Assembly (NCBI GenBank): GCA_039591655.1
Contig: JBDHDE010000007.1
Span: 1 to 64,000 of the forward strand
Reading direction: 5' to 3'
Origin: Gemmatimonadota bacterium
Lineage (GTDB): Bacteria > Gemmatimonadota > Gemmatimonadetes > Gemmatimonadales > GWC2-71-9
DNA length: 64,000 bases
Shown here in pieces: positions 1 through 8,992 of the stretch. Under the pieces are notes generated by a model. The model saw nothing but the letters and a program-made list of their open reading frames with translations, ran no database searches and was not told where the DNA came from. Position 1 is the first letter of the stretch. Each line of letters begins with the position of its first letter. The position numbers and the translations under genes are program-made.

Positions 1-1
1 G

Positions 2-352
2 CTGGTTGACACCGCCGGTCGGCTGCACACGCACGACGATCTCATGGAGGAGCTCAAGAAGATCGCCCGGGTCGTGGGTCGGCGCCGCGACGGGGCGCCG
101 CACGAGAGCTTCCTCGTGGTAGACGGCACCGTAGGGCAGAACGCCCTGCTCCAGGGTCGTACCTTCGCACAGGCTGTCCCGGTCACGGGTCTGGTGATCA
201 CCAAGCTGGACGGCACGGCGAAGGGCGGCGCCGTGGCGCGCGTGCGGGAGGAGCTAGGCCTCCCCATCACATTCGTCGGTGTAGGCGAGGGGCTGGGCGA
301 TCTCGAGCCATTCGATCCCCAGCGCTTCGCGGAGCGGCTGCTTTCGGATTGA
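2..352 (+). CDS. ftsY: Signal recognition particle receptor FtsY (3' part, truncated by window start)
   Basis: DTAGRLHT, DGTVGQN, TKLDGTAKGG and GVGEGLGDLEPF motifs of SRP GTPases; its TGA overlaps the recG ATG (TGATG). Confidence 0.95.
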   Translation: MVDTAGRLHTHDDLMEELKKIARVVGRRRDGAPHESFLVVDGTVGQNALLQGRTFAQAVPVTGLVITKLDGTAKGGAVARVREELGLPITFVGVGEGLGDLEPFDPQRFAERLLSD

Positions 353-2427
353 TGGCTCTCAGGCTCGACCAATCGGTTCAGTTTCTCAAAGGCGTGGGCC
401 CCAGACGCGCCGCGGCCTTCGCCCGTCTCGGCATCGTCACCGTCGAGGACCTGCTGTATCACGTTCCCCACCGGTATCTGGACGCGACCTCGGTAACGCC
501 CATCGCCCGAGCCAAGGTGGGCAGCGAGGTGGCCATCGTGGGCCGTGTTGTCTCCAAGGCGGTCGTGCCCACCCGGAAGCGGCTCCGCATCTTCCGCGCG
601 GTTCTGCGGGATGACTCGGGTGTGATCGAATGCGCCTGGCCGGGGCAGGCGTTCTTGGATCGAGCCATCAAGCAAGGCCAACTCCTCCTGGTGACGGGGC
701 CCGTGAAGTACTACCACGGGCGCCAGTTGGTCCCCCGGGAACAGGTGGTGCTGGCCGAGGCGGACGAAGGTGGGGAAGCCGACGACCTCGGCCACGGGAT
801 GGTCCTGCCCGTGTACCCGGCCACGGAGGGCTTGAGCCACAGGCAGATCCGCCGGCTCGTGGCGGACCATCTCGACCAGATGATTGCCTGCGTCGATGAT
901 GATCTCCCGGCGACGCTGCGGCAGGAGGCGGGGGCAGAGGGACTGCGGGCCGCCCTCCTCGCGCTCCACCGTCCGGTGGGCCCGGGGGCGTGGGAGGTCG
1001 GACGGAGGCGCCTCGCACTGGATGAGCTGTTCGACCTGCAGCTGGTGGTGGCCCGGGCGCGGCACATCGCCAAGGCGGCGACCAAGGGACCGCACTTCGC
1101 CGTGAAGCGGGAGCTCACCACACGGCTCAAGCACGCGCTGCCCTTCGAACTCACGCCGGGCCAGAGGCGCGCCGTTCGGGAGATCACCGCCGACATGGTG
1201 GGTGACGCCCGGATGCATCGGCTCCTCATGGGTGACGTCGGTACCGGGAAGACCGTCGTCGCCCTGTTTGCCATGCTCCTGGCGGTGGAGAACGACTACC
1301 AGGCCGTGTTCATGGCCCCCACGGAGCTCTTGGCCGAGCAGCACGGCCGCACCCTGAGCGAGCTGCTGGCTCCGCTGAGCATTCAACCCGAGATCCTGCT
1401 GGGGCGCCTCACACCTGCGGACAAGGCAGCCATTCGCGAGCGCATCGCCGCCGGTGGCGCCAGGGTGATCGTCGGCACCCACGCGCTGATCCAGGAGGCC
1501 ACCGACTTCCGCCGCCTGGGTCTCGTGGTGATCGATGAGCAGCACCGCTTCGGCGTGGAGCAGCGGGCTGCGTTGATCGAGAAGGGGGAGGCGCCCGACG
1601 TGCTGCTCCTGTCGGCCACGCCCATCCCCCGGACTCTGGCCCTCACCCTGTACGGCGACCTGGACATCTCGGTTCTGAAGGAGAAGCCCAAAGGGCGCGC
1701 TGCCGTGAAGACGGGTGTGCGCTCCGGCGCGGACCGGGCCAAAATCTACGACTTCCTCAAGCAGCGCTGCGCCGCAGGCCGGCAGGCTTACGTCGTCTAT
1801 CCCGTGATCGAAGAATCCGAGCGCACCGATCTCAAGGCTGCCACCAGCATGTCACAGGAGCTGGGGCAGAAGCTCGCGCCCCTCAGCGTCGGGTTGGTGC
1901 ACGGCCGCATGAAGGCGGAGGAGCGGGACGCGGTGATGCTGCGGTTTCGGGACGGCCAGCTGGACGTGCTCGTCGCCACCACCGTGATCGAGGTCGGGAT
2001 CGACGTCGCCAACGCCACGGTAATGGTCATCGAGCACCCCGAGCGGTTCGGCCTCGCCCAGCTGCATCAGCTGCGGGGCCGGGTGGGCCGAGGCGTGGAG
2101 GAGAGCCACTGCGTCCTGCTGTGCGACGAGCCCGGGGCGCTTCCCCGGCTCAGGCGGCTGGCCCGCACCCAGGACGGCTTCAAGATTGCCGAGCTGGACC
2201 TGCAGGAGCGGGGCATGGGGGAGCTAGCTGGCAAGCGCCAGGCCGGGGGGTTCAGCCTGCGGTACGCCGACCTGGACAAGGACGGTGACCTGGTGGTGGC
2301 GGCGCGGCGCGTAGCCCTCGGTCTCATCGTCCGGGACCCGGCGCTGACGGCGCGCGAGCACGCCGGACTGCGGGCCCGCATCGAGCGGCGCTACGAGCGG
2401 GGAATGGAGCTGTTCCGCGTGGGGTAG
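352..2427 (+). CDS. recG: ATP-dependent DNA helicase RecG
   Basis: LKGVGP N-terminus, wedge/OB domain, GDVGTGKT, DEQHRFGV, SATPIPRT, QLHQLRGRVGRG. Confidence 0.97.
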   Translation: MALRLDQSVQFLKGVGPRRAAAFARLGIVTVEDLLYHVPHRYLDATSVTPIARAKVGSEVAIVGRVVSKAVVPTRKRLRIFRAVLRDDSGVIECAWPGQAFLDRAIKQGQLLLVTGPVKYYHGRQLVPREQVVLAEADEGGEADDLGHGMVLPVYPATEGLSHRQIRRLVADHLDQMIACVDDDLPATLRQEAGAEGLRAALLALHRPVGPGAWEVGRRRLALDELFDLQLVVARARHIAKAATKGPHFAVKRELTTRLKHALPFELTPGQRRAVREITADMVGDARMHRLLMGDVGTGKTVVALFAMLLAVENDYQAVFMAPTELLAEQHGRTLSELLAPLSIQPEILLGRLTPADKAAIRERIAAGGARVIVGTHALIQEATDFRRLGLVVIDEQHRFGVEQRAALIEKGEAPDVLLLSATPIPRTLALTLYGDLDISVLKEKPKGRAAVKTGVRSGADRAKIYDFLKQRCAAGRQAYVVYPVIEESERTDLKAATSMSQELGQKLAPLSVGLVHGRMKAEERDAVMLRFRDGQLDVLVATTVIEVGIDVANATVMVIEHPERFGLAQLHQLRGRVGRGVEESHCVLLCDEPGALPRLRRLARTQDGFKIAELDLQERGMGELAGKRQAGGFSLRYADLDKDGDLVVAARRVALGLIVRDPALTAREHAGLRARIERRYERGMELFRVG

Positions 2428-2497
2428 TGCCGGGAAGCGGAAACGGGAGGCGGCAGGAAGGCGGGAAGTCCAGCAGCCGCCCCTGCGGGTACCGGGA

Positions 2498-2525
2498 TTG
2501 ACATATAAACCATGATTGATATATT
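2498..2525 (+). promoter_or_regulatory. Sigma70-type promoter of arsR with overlapping ArsR operator
   Basis: TTGACA (2498-2503), 16 nt spacer, TATATT (2520-2525); ATAAA-N6-TTGAT (2505-2520) lies in the spacer. Confidence 0.75.
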
Positions 2526-2531
2526 GAGGGA

Positions 2532-2858
2532 GTGACCGAGACACAGCAGCAGGACCTGACCAGCGCGCTCCTGCGCCTCCGCGCCCTCGGTGACGAGCGG
2601 CGCCTCAGGATCGTGCAGTTGCTGGCCCGGGGCGAGCGCTGCGTGTGCGAGCTCGCCGCCGATCTGAGAGTCGCGCAGCCGCTGCTCTCGTTTCACCTCA
2701 AGACCTTGAAGGAGAGTGGGCTGGTGCGGGTGCGTCGCGATGGGAGGTGGATGCACTACTCCCTCGATCCCCAGGCGCTGGAGGACCTGGGGTCGGTTCT
2801 CGGCGACCTCGCCGAGGAGCATCGCGCGAAGGGAGCGTTGGCTGTGAGGTGCTGCTGA
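2532..2858 (+). CDS. arsR: ArsR/SmtB-family metalloregulator
   Basis: RLRIVQLL, ERCVCEL alpha3 motif, LSFHLKTLKESGLV helix-turn-helix, C-terminal Cys-Cys; next to arsM. Confidence 0.9.
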   Translation: MTETQQQDLTSALLRLRALGDERRLRIVQLLARGERCVCELAADLRVAQPLLSFHLKTLKESGLVRVRRDGRWMHYSLDPQALEDLGSVLGDLAEEHRAKGALAVRCC

Positions 2859-2881
2859 GTCGCTTTTATTTGACCGATTCC

Positions 2882-2897
2882 ATCAACATTGGTTGAT
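2882..2897. promoter_or_regulatory. Second ArsR operator between arsR and arsM
   Basis: Perfect inverted repeat ATCAAC-ATTG-GTTGAT in an AT-rich spacer; same pattern as the site in the arsR promoter. Confidence 0.7.
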
Positions 2898-2917
2898 ATT
2901 GCCGGAGGAAGTGGATC

Positions 2918-3706
2918 ATGACGGAAGACAGGCTGAAGCAGGCGGTGCGTGACCATTACGCTGCAGCAGCGCGGAAGGCCGCGCAGGGCGACACCGCGGA
3001 CAGCGCTCGAGAGGGGCCCAGCGGCGGTGCCTCGTGCTGTAGCGACGACTGCTGCGGTGAGCCTGTCTCCCTCAGCTTCTACGGTGACACGGACGTAGCC
3101 GAGCTGCCGGAGAAGGCGGTCCTCGCCTCCATGGGCTGCGGCAACCCCACCGCGCTGGCCGAGCTCGCCACGGGTGAGGTGGTGCTGGACCTGGGCTCCG
3201 GGGGCGGAATCGACGTGCTCCTCTCGGCCAGGCGCGTGGGACCGACCGGCAAGGCGTACGGCCTCGACATGACCGACGAGATGCTGGAGCTGGCCCGGGA
3301 GAATCAGCGCAAGGCGGGCGTCGACAACGTGGAGTTCCTCAAGGGCCAGATCGAAGATGTCCCGCTGCCCGCCGAGTCGGTGGACGTGATCATCTCCAAC
3401 TGCGTGATCAACCTGGCGGCCGACAAGGATCCGGTGCTGCGCGAAGCCTACCGGGTGCTTCGGCCGGCCGGCCGGTTCGCGGTGAGCGACATAGTGGCAC
3501 GCACGCCGGTGCCCGCGGAGGTGCGGGACAACCCCGAGCTGTGGTCCGGGTGCCTGGCGGGGGCATTGGAGGACGAAGAGTACCGCGGCAAGCTCGAGGC
3601 GGCCGGGTTCGTGGACGTCGATCTCGAGGCGGAGCGCACCTTCGAGCTCCCCGGCGTCGGCGAGTTCATGACCGCCTTCGTGCGGGCGAGGAAGCCGGCG
3701 CGATAG
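2918..3706 (+). CDS. arsM: Arsenite S-adenosylmethionine methyltransferase ArsM
   Basis: Cys-rich N-terminus (SCCSDDCC), [20 protein letters not shown] motif, [16 protein letters not shown]. Confidence 0.92.
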   Translation: MTEDRLKQAVRDHYAAAARKAAQGDTADSAREGPSGGASCCSDDCCGEPVSLSFYGDTDVAELPEKAVLASMGCGNPTALAELATGEVVLDLGSGGGIDVLLSARRVGPTGKAYGLDMTDEMLELARENQRKAGVDNVEFLKGQIEDVPLPAESVDVIISNCVINLAADKDPVLREAYRVLRPAGRFAVSDIVARTPVPAEVRDNPELWSGCLAGALEDEEYRGKLEAAGFVDVDLEAERTFELPGVGEFMTAFVRARKPAR

Positions 3707-3722
3707 CGCGGCGCCCGCTCCG

Positions 3723-4061
3723 CTAGCTGCCCAGGGCCTCGTCGGCCTTGGCGGCCAGCACGAAGTCGCTCTCGGTGAGGCCGTCGATCTTGTGGGTCCA
3801 GATCTTCAGGCCGACCTTCCCCCACGCCAGGTAGATGTCGGGGTGGTGGCCCTGCTCTTCGGCTATCGCCCCGACCTTGTTCGTGAAGGCGAGAGCCTGC
3901 GCGAAGTCGGCGAAAGCGTACTCCTTCTCCAGATGGTGCTCGCCTGCGACGTGCCACTCGCCGCCGAGCTTTGCTAGGAGGGCATCGATCTCCTTCCCCT
4001 CGAGCGGGGGCACGCCGCCACGGCACGGGATACACTGCTTCGCTGCAAGCTCGCTCGCCAT
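3723..4061 (-). CDS. phhB: Pterin-4-alpha-carbinolamine dehydratase
   Basis: CxPCRGG N-terminus, AEEQGHHPDI, WTHKIDGLTESDF. Confidence 0.92.
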   Translation of the reverse strand: MASELAAKQCIPCRGGVPPLEGKEIDALLAKLGGEWHVAGEHHLEKEYAFADFAQALAFTNKVGAIAEEQGHHPDIYLAWGKVGLKIWTHKIDGLTESDFVLAAKADEALGS

Positions 4062-4131
4062 GGGCACCTCGAATCATGGTTGGAAAGCCGGTGCGAGCCG
4101 GCCCACCGCAGGCCGCTCAGCAGGTCTGCGT

Positions 4132-4638
4132 TCAGAAACGCAGACTGAGTCCGAGTTCCCTGGGTGTCGAGTACACCTCGAACGGGGTGTAGGGAATGTT
4201 CTTCGGCTCGTCGTCCTTGTAGAGCAGATCGATGAGGAACATGCCGCCGGACACCACCAGCGTCAGTTGGCCGGCCACCAGGAAGCTCTGGGCGCGCGAC
4301 TGGTACTGTGCGTAGTCCTGGTAGGTCTGCTCGGCCAGGGGGTCGGCGTAGACCTGGTTACCATCGGGCGTCTCCACCAGCTCGCAGGCCGTCGGATCCG
4401 CGGTGCAGAGGGCCTCGAGGTCGTCGAACGCCGCTCCGGCCGTCGCGCTGTTACTGGCGGCGACGGCGATGAAGGCTCCGGCTCCCAGGAGGGTGACCCA
4501 GCGGCCCCAGTGAGAGACGTCCGCCATGAACGGTCGTCCCCCTGACGCCGTGACGTCCTGGCCCGTTGCAGGCACCGCCAGGAGGCTCGCGACGAGGGCG
4601 AGGCAGGAAGGAATCGTGATCGAGAGTCGGCGCTTCAT
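4132..4638 (-). CDS. Hypothetical exported/membrane protein
   Basis: Signal peptide, two hydrophobic segments flanking a Cys pair, C-terminal LGLSLRF; co-oriented downstream of the beta-propeller gene. Confidence 0.75.
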   Translation of the reverse strand: MKRRLSITIPSCLALVASLLAVPATGQDVTASGGRPFMADVSHWGRWVTLLGAGAFIAVAASNSATAGAAFDDLEALCTADPTACELVETPDGNQVYADPLAEQTYQDYAQYQSRAQSFLVAGQLTLVVSGGMFLIDLLYKDDEPKNIPYTPFEVYSTPRELGLSLRF

Positions 4639-4666
4639 GCTCTCCCGGCTCTATGCCGCAAGGGCC

Positions 4667-5809
4667 TCATTGTTCCGCGGCCGGCGCACCCCACGCATGC
4701 AACTTTCCCTCGCCGTCCAGAATGAACAAGACCCCGTCGTCCACCAGGAGGGGCTCCTCGATGGGTCCTCGGAAGCGCTGACGCCAGCGAGGCTCCAGCC
4801 CGGGGGGGGCGAGCCACAGGACTTCTCCCTCCACGGTGCCGATGAGCAGACCGCCGGCGAACAGGGTGGGACTGGCTCGCACGGGGACCCCCAGATTGTG
4901 TGAGCGTGCGCCGCCGGGGCCCGCCAGGGGGATCTGCCACAGGGTTCCGCCCAGCGTCGCCGCGTAAACGGTGTCCCGACTGACGACGGGGCTCCCGAAC
5001 ACGGGCTCGCCGGTGGGAAGCTCCCATAACATCTCCAGTGAACGGGAGTCGAACGCCGTGATGAACCCGTCCGGGGAGCTCACCAAGAGGACGCTGTCGG
5101 CGAGGGCCGGGGGGCTGAACACCGTTCCCGACGTGGCGCCACTCGCCTCCACCGCACCATCCCGGGCGGACACGAGGTACAGCGAGTCGTCGGTGGCCAC
5201 CGCGAGGATGCCGTCCAGCAGGCTCACCCCAGCCCGGAGTGGCCCGCGGAATGGACGGCTCCAGCGGGGATCCCCGGTAGTGGGGTCCAGGGCGAAGAGC
5301 CAGCCGGTGCGGGTCGCCGCATACACAGTGGAGCTCGAGACGGCGATGGGCCCGGTGACGGGTCCGATTATCTCGTCCCACAGCTTGTCGCCGGTGCTCA
5401 GGTCGTAGGCGTGCACGCGTCCACGGCGGTCGCCGGAGGCGGCGTACACCCGGTCGCCCGTGAAGAGTGGTCCCGTGGCGCCGGCACCCTTCAGCCGCTG
5501 GCGCCACACCCGCGTCCCAGAGTGGCGCAGGACCAGCACCAGCCACTTGTCGGAGGACAACGTGACGATGATGCTGTCTCCCAGAGCCGCCCCGCCCGTC
5601 GGCGAGCGTCCGACCTTCTCCTCCCACAGCTCCTCCAGGGAGTCGGGCAGCCACTCTCCCGCAGAAGGCGCCCTGCTCGGTTCGGCCAGGTAGGTGGTCC
5701 AGCGGCGGGGCTCGGCTGGCGCGGGCATGGGCTTGCTCGTGCACCCGAGCGCGTTGACAGTGATGAGGGTGGCGGCTACGATACCGGCCGCATGGCGGAA
5801 ACGACCCAC
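4667..5809 (-). CDS. PQQ-like beta-propeller repeat (BamB-like) lipoprotein
   Basis: Repeated (A/L)D..TG...W blades; lipobox-like NALGC. The nearest in-frame standard start upstream of the signal peptide is GTG at 5809; the longer ORF to 7102 is antisense to asnS. Confidence 0.8.
   Translation of the reverse strand: MGRFRHAAGIVAATLITVNALGCTSKPMPAPAEPRRWTTYLAEPSRAPSAGEWLPDSLEELWEEKVGRSPTGGAALGDSIIVTLSSDKWLVLVLRHSGTRVWRQRLKGAGATGPLFTGDRVYAASGDRRGRVHAYDLSTGDKLWDEIIGPVTGPIAVSSSTVYAATRTGWLFALDPTTGDPRWSRPFRGPLRAGVSLLDGILAVATDDSLYLVSARDGAVEASGATSGTVFSPPALADSVLLVSSPDGFITAFDSRSLEMLWELPTGEPVFGSPVVSRDTVYAATLGGTLWQIPLAGPGGARSHNLGVPVRASPTLFAGGLLIGTVEGEVLWLAPPGLEPRWRQRFRGPIEEPLLVDDGVLFILDGEGKLHAWGAPAAEQ
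5754..5782 (+). promoter_or_regulatory. Sigma70-type promoter of asnS
   Basis: TTGACA (5754-5759), 17 nt, TACGAT (5777-5782); 9 nt before the asnS ATG. Confidence 0.7.
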
Positions 5810-7090
5810 ATTCGTGATCTGCGAGAGCACGTCGGCGCGGAGGTGACGCTCCGCGGGTGGGTGATGACCACCCGCTCCAGCGGTAAGATCGCCTTTGTCG
5901 TGCTGCGTGACGGGACCGGCTACCTGCAGTGTGTCCTTGCCAAGAAGGAGGTGGACGCCGACGTCTGGGAGACGTACCGCCAGCTCACCCAGGAAACCGC
6001 GTTGGCGGTGACCGGGACTGTGCGCGCCGACCAGCGCTCCCCGGGCGGTGTGGAGCTCACCGTCAGCGGGCTCGCCGTGCTGGGGCCGAGCGCGGATTTT
6101 CCCATCTCCCCCAAAGAGCACGGGACCGCCTTTCTCTTCGAGCACCGGCATCTCTGGCTGCGCAGCCGGCGTCAGGTCGCCATCATGCGCGTGCGGCACG
6201 AGGTCGTCCAGGCGATTCGCGACTTCTTCTACGAGCGCGACTTCATCCTGGTGGACACTCCCATCCTCACGGGCGCCATCGGCGAGACTGCCGGCACCCT
6301 GTTCGAGACCGAGTACTTCGAGCTCGGCAAGGCCTACCTGGCGCAAACCGGGCAGCTCTACCTCGAGGCCGCCGCCGCGGCGCTGGGTCGCGTGTACTGC
6401 TTCGGCCCCACGTTCCGGGCTGAGAAATCCAAGACGCGTCGGCACCTGACCGAGTTCTGGATGCTGGAGCCGGAGATGGCGTGGTACGACTCGGACGACA
6501 ATATGCGTCTGCAGGAGGAGTTCGTCTCCTATGTCGTTGCCCGCTGTCTCGGTCGTTGCGGTGAGGAGCTCGCGGAGCTCGAGCGCGACACCGCGCCCCT
6601 TGAGCGCGTCACACCGCCGTTCCCCCGAATCTCCTACACCGACGCGATCGCCAGGCTCAAGGAACAGGGGGCCGATATCGAGTGGGGCCAGGACCTGGGC
6701 GGGGACGAGGAGACCCTCCTCGCCAACGCCTTCGACCGGCCCGTCTTCGTCTACAACTACCCCCGGGCCGTGCGCGCGTTCTACATGAAGCAGAACCCGG
6801 AAGACCCCCGAACGGTTCTCAACAACGACTGCCTGGCGCCGGAAGGATACGGCGAGATCATCGGCGGGAGTCAGCGGGAGGACGACCACGACCTGCTGCT
6901 GGGGCGCATCCGGGACCTGGCGCTGCCGGAGGACGCCTACGGTTGGTACCTGGACCTGCGCAAGTACGGGACCTACATCCACTCCGGCTTCGGCCTCGGC
7001 GTGGAGCGCACCGTCGGCTGGATCTGCGGGCTTCCCCACATCCGTGAGGCCATCGCCTTCCCCCGGATGATGAGCCGGCTCTACCCGTAG
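5792..7090 (+). CDS. asnS: Asparagine--tRNA ligase
   Basis: OB-fold (RGWV..RSSGKIAF), YLAQTGQLYLE, FRAEKSKTRRHLTEFWMLEPE, GEIIGGSQRE, HSGFGLGVER. Confidence 0.96.
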   Translation: MAETTHIRDLREHVGAEVTLRGWVMTTRSSGKIAFVVLRDGTGYLQCVLAKKEVDADVWETYRQLTQETALAVTGTVRADQRSPGGVELTVSGLAVLGPSADFPISPKEHGTAFLFEHRHLWLRSRRQVAIMRVRHEVVQAIRDFFYERDFILVDTPILTGAIGETAGTLFETEYFELGKAYLAQTGQLYLEAAAAALGRVYCFGPTFRAEKSKTRRHLTEFWMLEPEMAWYDSDDNMRLQEEFVSYVVARCLGRCGEELAELERDTAPLERVTPPFPRISYTDAIARLKEQGADIEWGQDLGGDEETLLANAFDRPVFVYNYPRAVRAFYMKQNPEDPRTVLNNDCLAPEGYGEIIGGSQREDDHDLLLGRIRDLALPEDAYGWYLDLRKYGTYIHSGFGLGVERTVGWICGLPHIREAIAFPRMMSRLYP

Positions 7091-7103
7091 GTCGTCGGAC
7101 ACC

Positions 7104-7880
7104 TCAGGAACGCCGCTTTACCTCGTCCCACAACCGATCCAGTACGTCCAGTTCCGCCCGGCCCATGTCGATGCCACGCTCGGCGGCGAGCTCCTCGACG
7201 CAGCGGAACCGGTCGGTGAACTTCGTGTTGGCGGTCTCCAGGGCCGCCCGGGGGTCGCACCCCAGCTTGCGAGCCAGGTTGACCACCGCGAACAGGAGGT
7301 CGCCGATCTCCGCGGCGATGTCCTCCGCCGGCGCATCTTCGGCAGTTTCCTGCTCCAGCTCCCCCAGCTCCTCGCGGACCTTGGCCAGTGGGCCCGCGGC
7401 GTCGGGCCAATCGAAGCCCACGCCCGCCGCCCGCTCCTGGAGGCGATAGGCCATCAGGAGTGCCGGTAGGGTTGGTGGCAGACCGTCCAGCACACTGGGG
7501 GGGCTGTCACCGTGCTCGTTGAGCTTGGTGCGCTCCCAGGTGTCGCCCGCCAGGTGTGCCGGCTCGCCGTCCTGCTTCTCCGGGAAAAGGTGGGGGTGGC
7601 GGCGCCACATCTTGCGCTCGATGGCGCGTGTGAGGTCCTCGGCACCGAAGCGCCCCGTCTCCTCGGCCAGCACGATCTGAAAGGCCACGTGCAGGAACAG
7701 ATCCCCGAGCTCCGTCCGGATCTCGTCGGGGTCGTGGGCCAGGGCGTGATCGAGCTCGAGCGCTTCCTCGACCAAGTAGGGACGCAGGGTTTCGCACGTC
7801 TGCGCCGCGTCCCACGGGCAGCGTTGCCGGAGGTCTCTGACCAACTCGACGATGCGTCCAAGCGCTGATGGTTCTTGCAT
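7104..7880 (-). CDS. mazG: Nucleoside triphosphate pyrophosphohydrolase MazG
   Basis: CPWDAAQT, ELGDLFLHV, RRHPH, VGFDW, EIGDLLFAVVN (two MazG domains); ATG at 7880. Confidence 0.93.
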   Translation of the reverse strand: MQEPSALGRIVELVRDLRQRCPWDAAQTCETLRPYLVEEALELDHALAHDPDEIRTELGDLFLHVAFQIVLAEETGRFGAEDLTRAIERKMWRRHPHLFPEKQDGEPAHLAGDTWERTKLNEHGDSPPSVLDGLPPTLPALLMAYRLQERAAGVGFDWPDAAGPLAKVREELGELEQETAEDAPAEDIAAEIGDLLFAVVNLARKLGCDPRAALETANTKFTDRFRCVEELAAERGIDMGRAELDVLDRLWDEVKRRS

Positions 7881-7928
7881 TTGCGTTCTCGCGCCGGTAC
7901 AATACGCCTCCGCTAGTGAACGTGTCAA
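7875..7928. promoter_or_regulatory. Bidirectional promoter between mazG and alr
   Basis: + strand: TTGCAT (7875-7880), 17 nt, TACAAT (7898-7903). - strand: TTGACA (7928-7923), 18 nt, TATTGT (7904-7899). Confidence 0.6.
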
Positions 7929-8992
7929 CGAGGGTCTCGGCGAACCGCGCTTGGGTCGAGGTCGACCTCGACAATCTGCTCGCCAATGCGCGAACCGTGC
8001 TAGCCGCAGCGCGGGGTGCGGCCCTCCTCCCCATGGTGAAGGCCGATGCATACGGACTGGGCGCCGTACGCGTGTCCCGGGCTCTGGAAGCGCTGGACAC
8101 CTGGGGGTTCGGTGTGGCCACGGTGGAGGAGGGAATGGAGCTGCGGGAGGCCGGCATTCGCCGCCCCGTCCTGGTGCTCACGCCCACGGGGCTCGAGTAC
8201 CTCGAGGACTACCGGCGGCACGACCTCCGCGCCGTGTTGGACGATCCCGCCGGTGCGGAGCGGTGGGATCTGCCGTACCACGTGGAGGTCGACACGGGCA
8301 TGGGACGCTGCGGTGTGCGGTGGGACGACACGGATCGCCTCGCGGCATTCCCGTCACGGCACCTCGAGGGTGTGTTCACCCACTTCTACGCCGCCGACCA
8401 GGGCCGCGACACGGTGGCCAAGCAGTGGACCCGATTCGAGTCGGCGCTCGAGGCGCTGGCGTCGCGGCCGCAGCTGGTGCACGTGGCGAACAGCGCCGGC
8501 GTTTGGCGTCTGGAGCGGCAACTCGACCTCGCTCGTCCCGGGATCTTCCTGTATGGAGGCCGGCATGCACCGGACCTGCCGCCACCGCACCCGGTGGCGG
8601 CGCTCAGGGCGCCGGTGGTGAGCATCAGGCGCCTGCAAGCGGGGGAGACGGTGAGCTACGGAGGGGAGTGGGCGGCGCCGCGGGAGACGGTCGTCGCGAC
8701 CCTGGGCATCGGGTACGCCGACGGTGTCCCCAGAGCGGTGAAGGGGAGGGCCGAGGTGCTGCTCCGCGGTGAGCGCCGCCCGTTGGTAGGGCGTGTCACC
8801 ATGGACTTCGTGATGGTCGATGTCGGTCCGGACGGCAGCGGTGTCACGGTTGGGGATGTGGCGACCCTGATCGGTCGGGACGGCGAGGGGGAGATCACGG
8901 TGGACGAGTTCGCCGGGTGGAGCGGGACCATCGCCTACGAGACCCTCACCGGCATCGGCCGGCGGGTCCCGCGGGTGTTTCTCCCCGAATGA
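7916..8992 (+). CDS. alr: Alanine racemase
   Basis: MVKADAYGLG PLP-lysine motif, VDTGMGRCG, RPGIFLYG, GYADG, GRVTMD; start GTG 7916 or 7922. Confidence 0.95.
   Translation: MNVSTRVSANRAWVEVDLDNLLANARTVLAAARGAALLPMVKADAYGLGAVRVSRALEALDTWGFGVATVEEGMELREAGIRRPVLVLTPTGLEYLEDYRRHDLRAVLDDPAGAERWDLPYHVEVDTGMGRCGVRWDDTDRLAAFPSRHLEGVFTHFYAADQGRDTVAKQWTRFESALEALASRPQLVHVANSAGVWRLERQLDLARPGIFLYGGRHAPDLPPPHPVAALRAPVVSIRRLQAGETVSYGGEWAAPRETVVATLGIGYADGVPRAVKGRAEVLLRGERRPLVGRVTMDFVMVDVGPDGSGVTVGDVATLIGRDGEGEITVDEFAGWSGTIAYETLTGIGRRVPRVFLPE

Noticed and set aside
2850..2875. Selenocysteine read-through of the arsR Cys-Cys-TGA end
   Set aside because: Another in-frame stop follows after four codons and no SECIS-like hairpin is evident; the region is better explained as an AT-rich operator spacer
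5810..7102. N-terminal half of the 811-aa minus-strand ORF
   Set aside because: Antisense shadow of asnS; only the part from about 5809 downward has a signal peptide and propeller repeats
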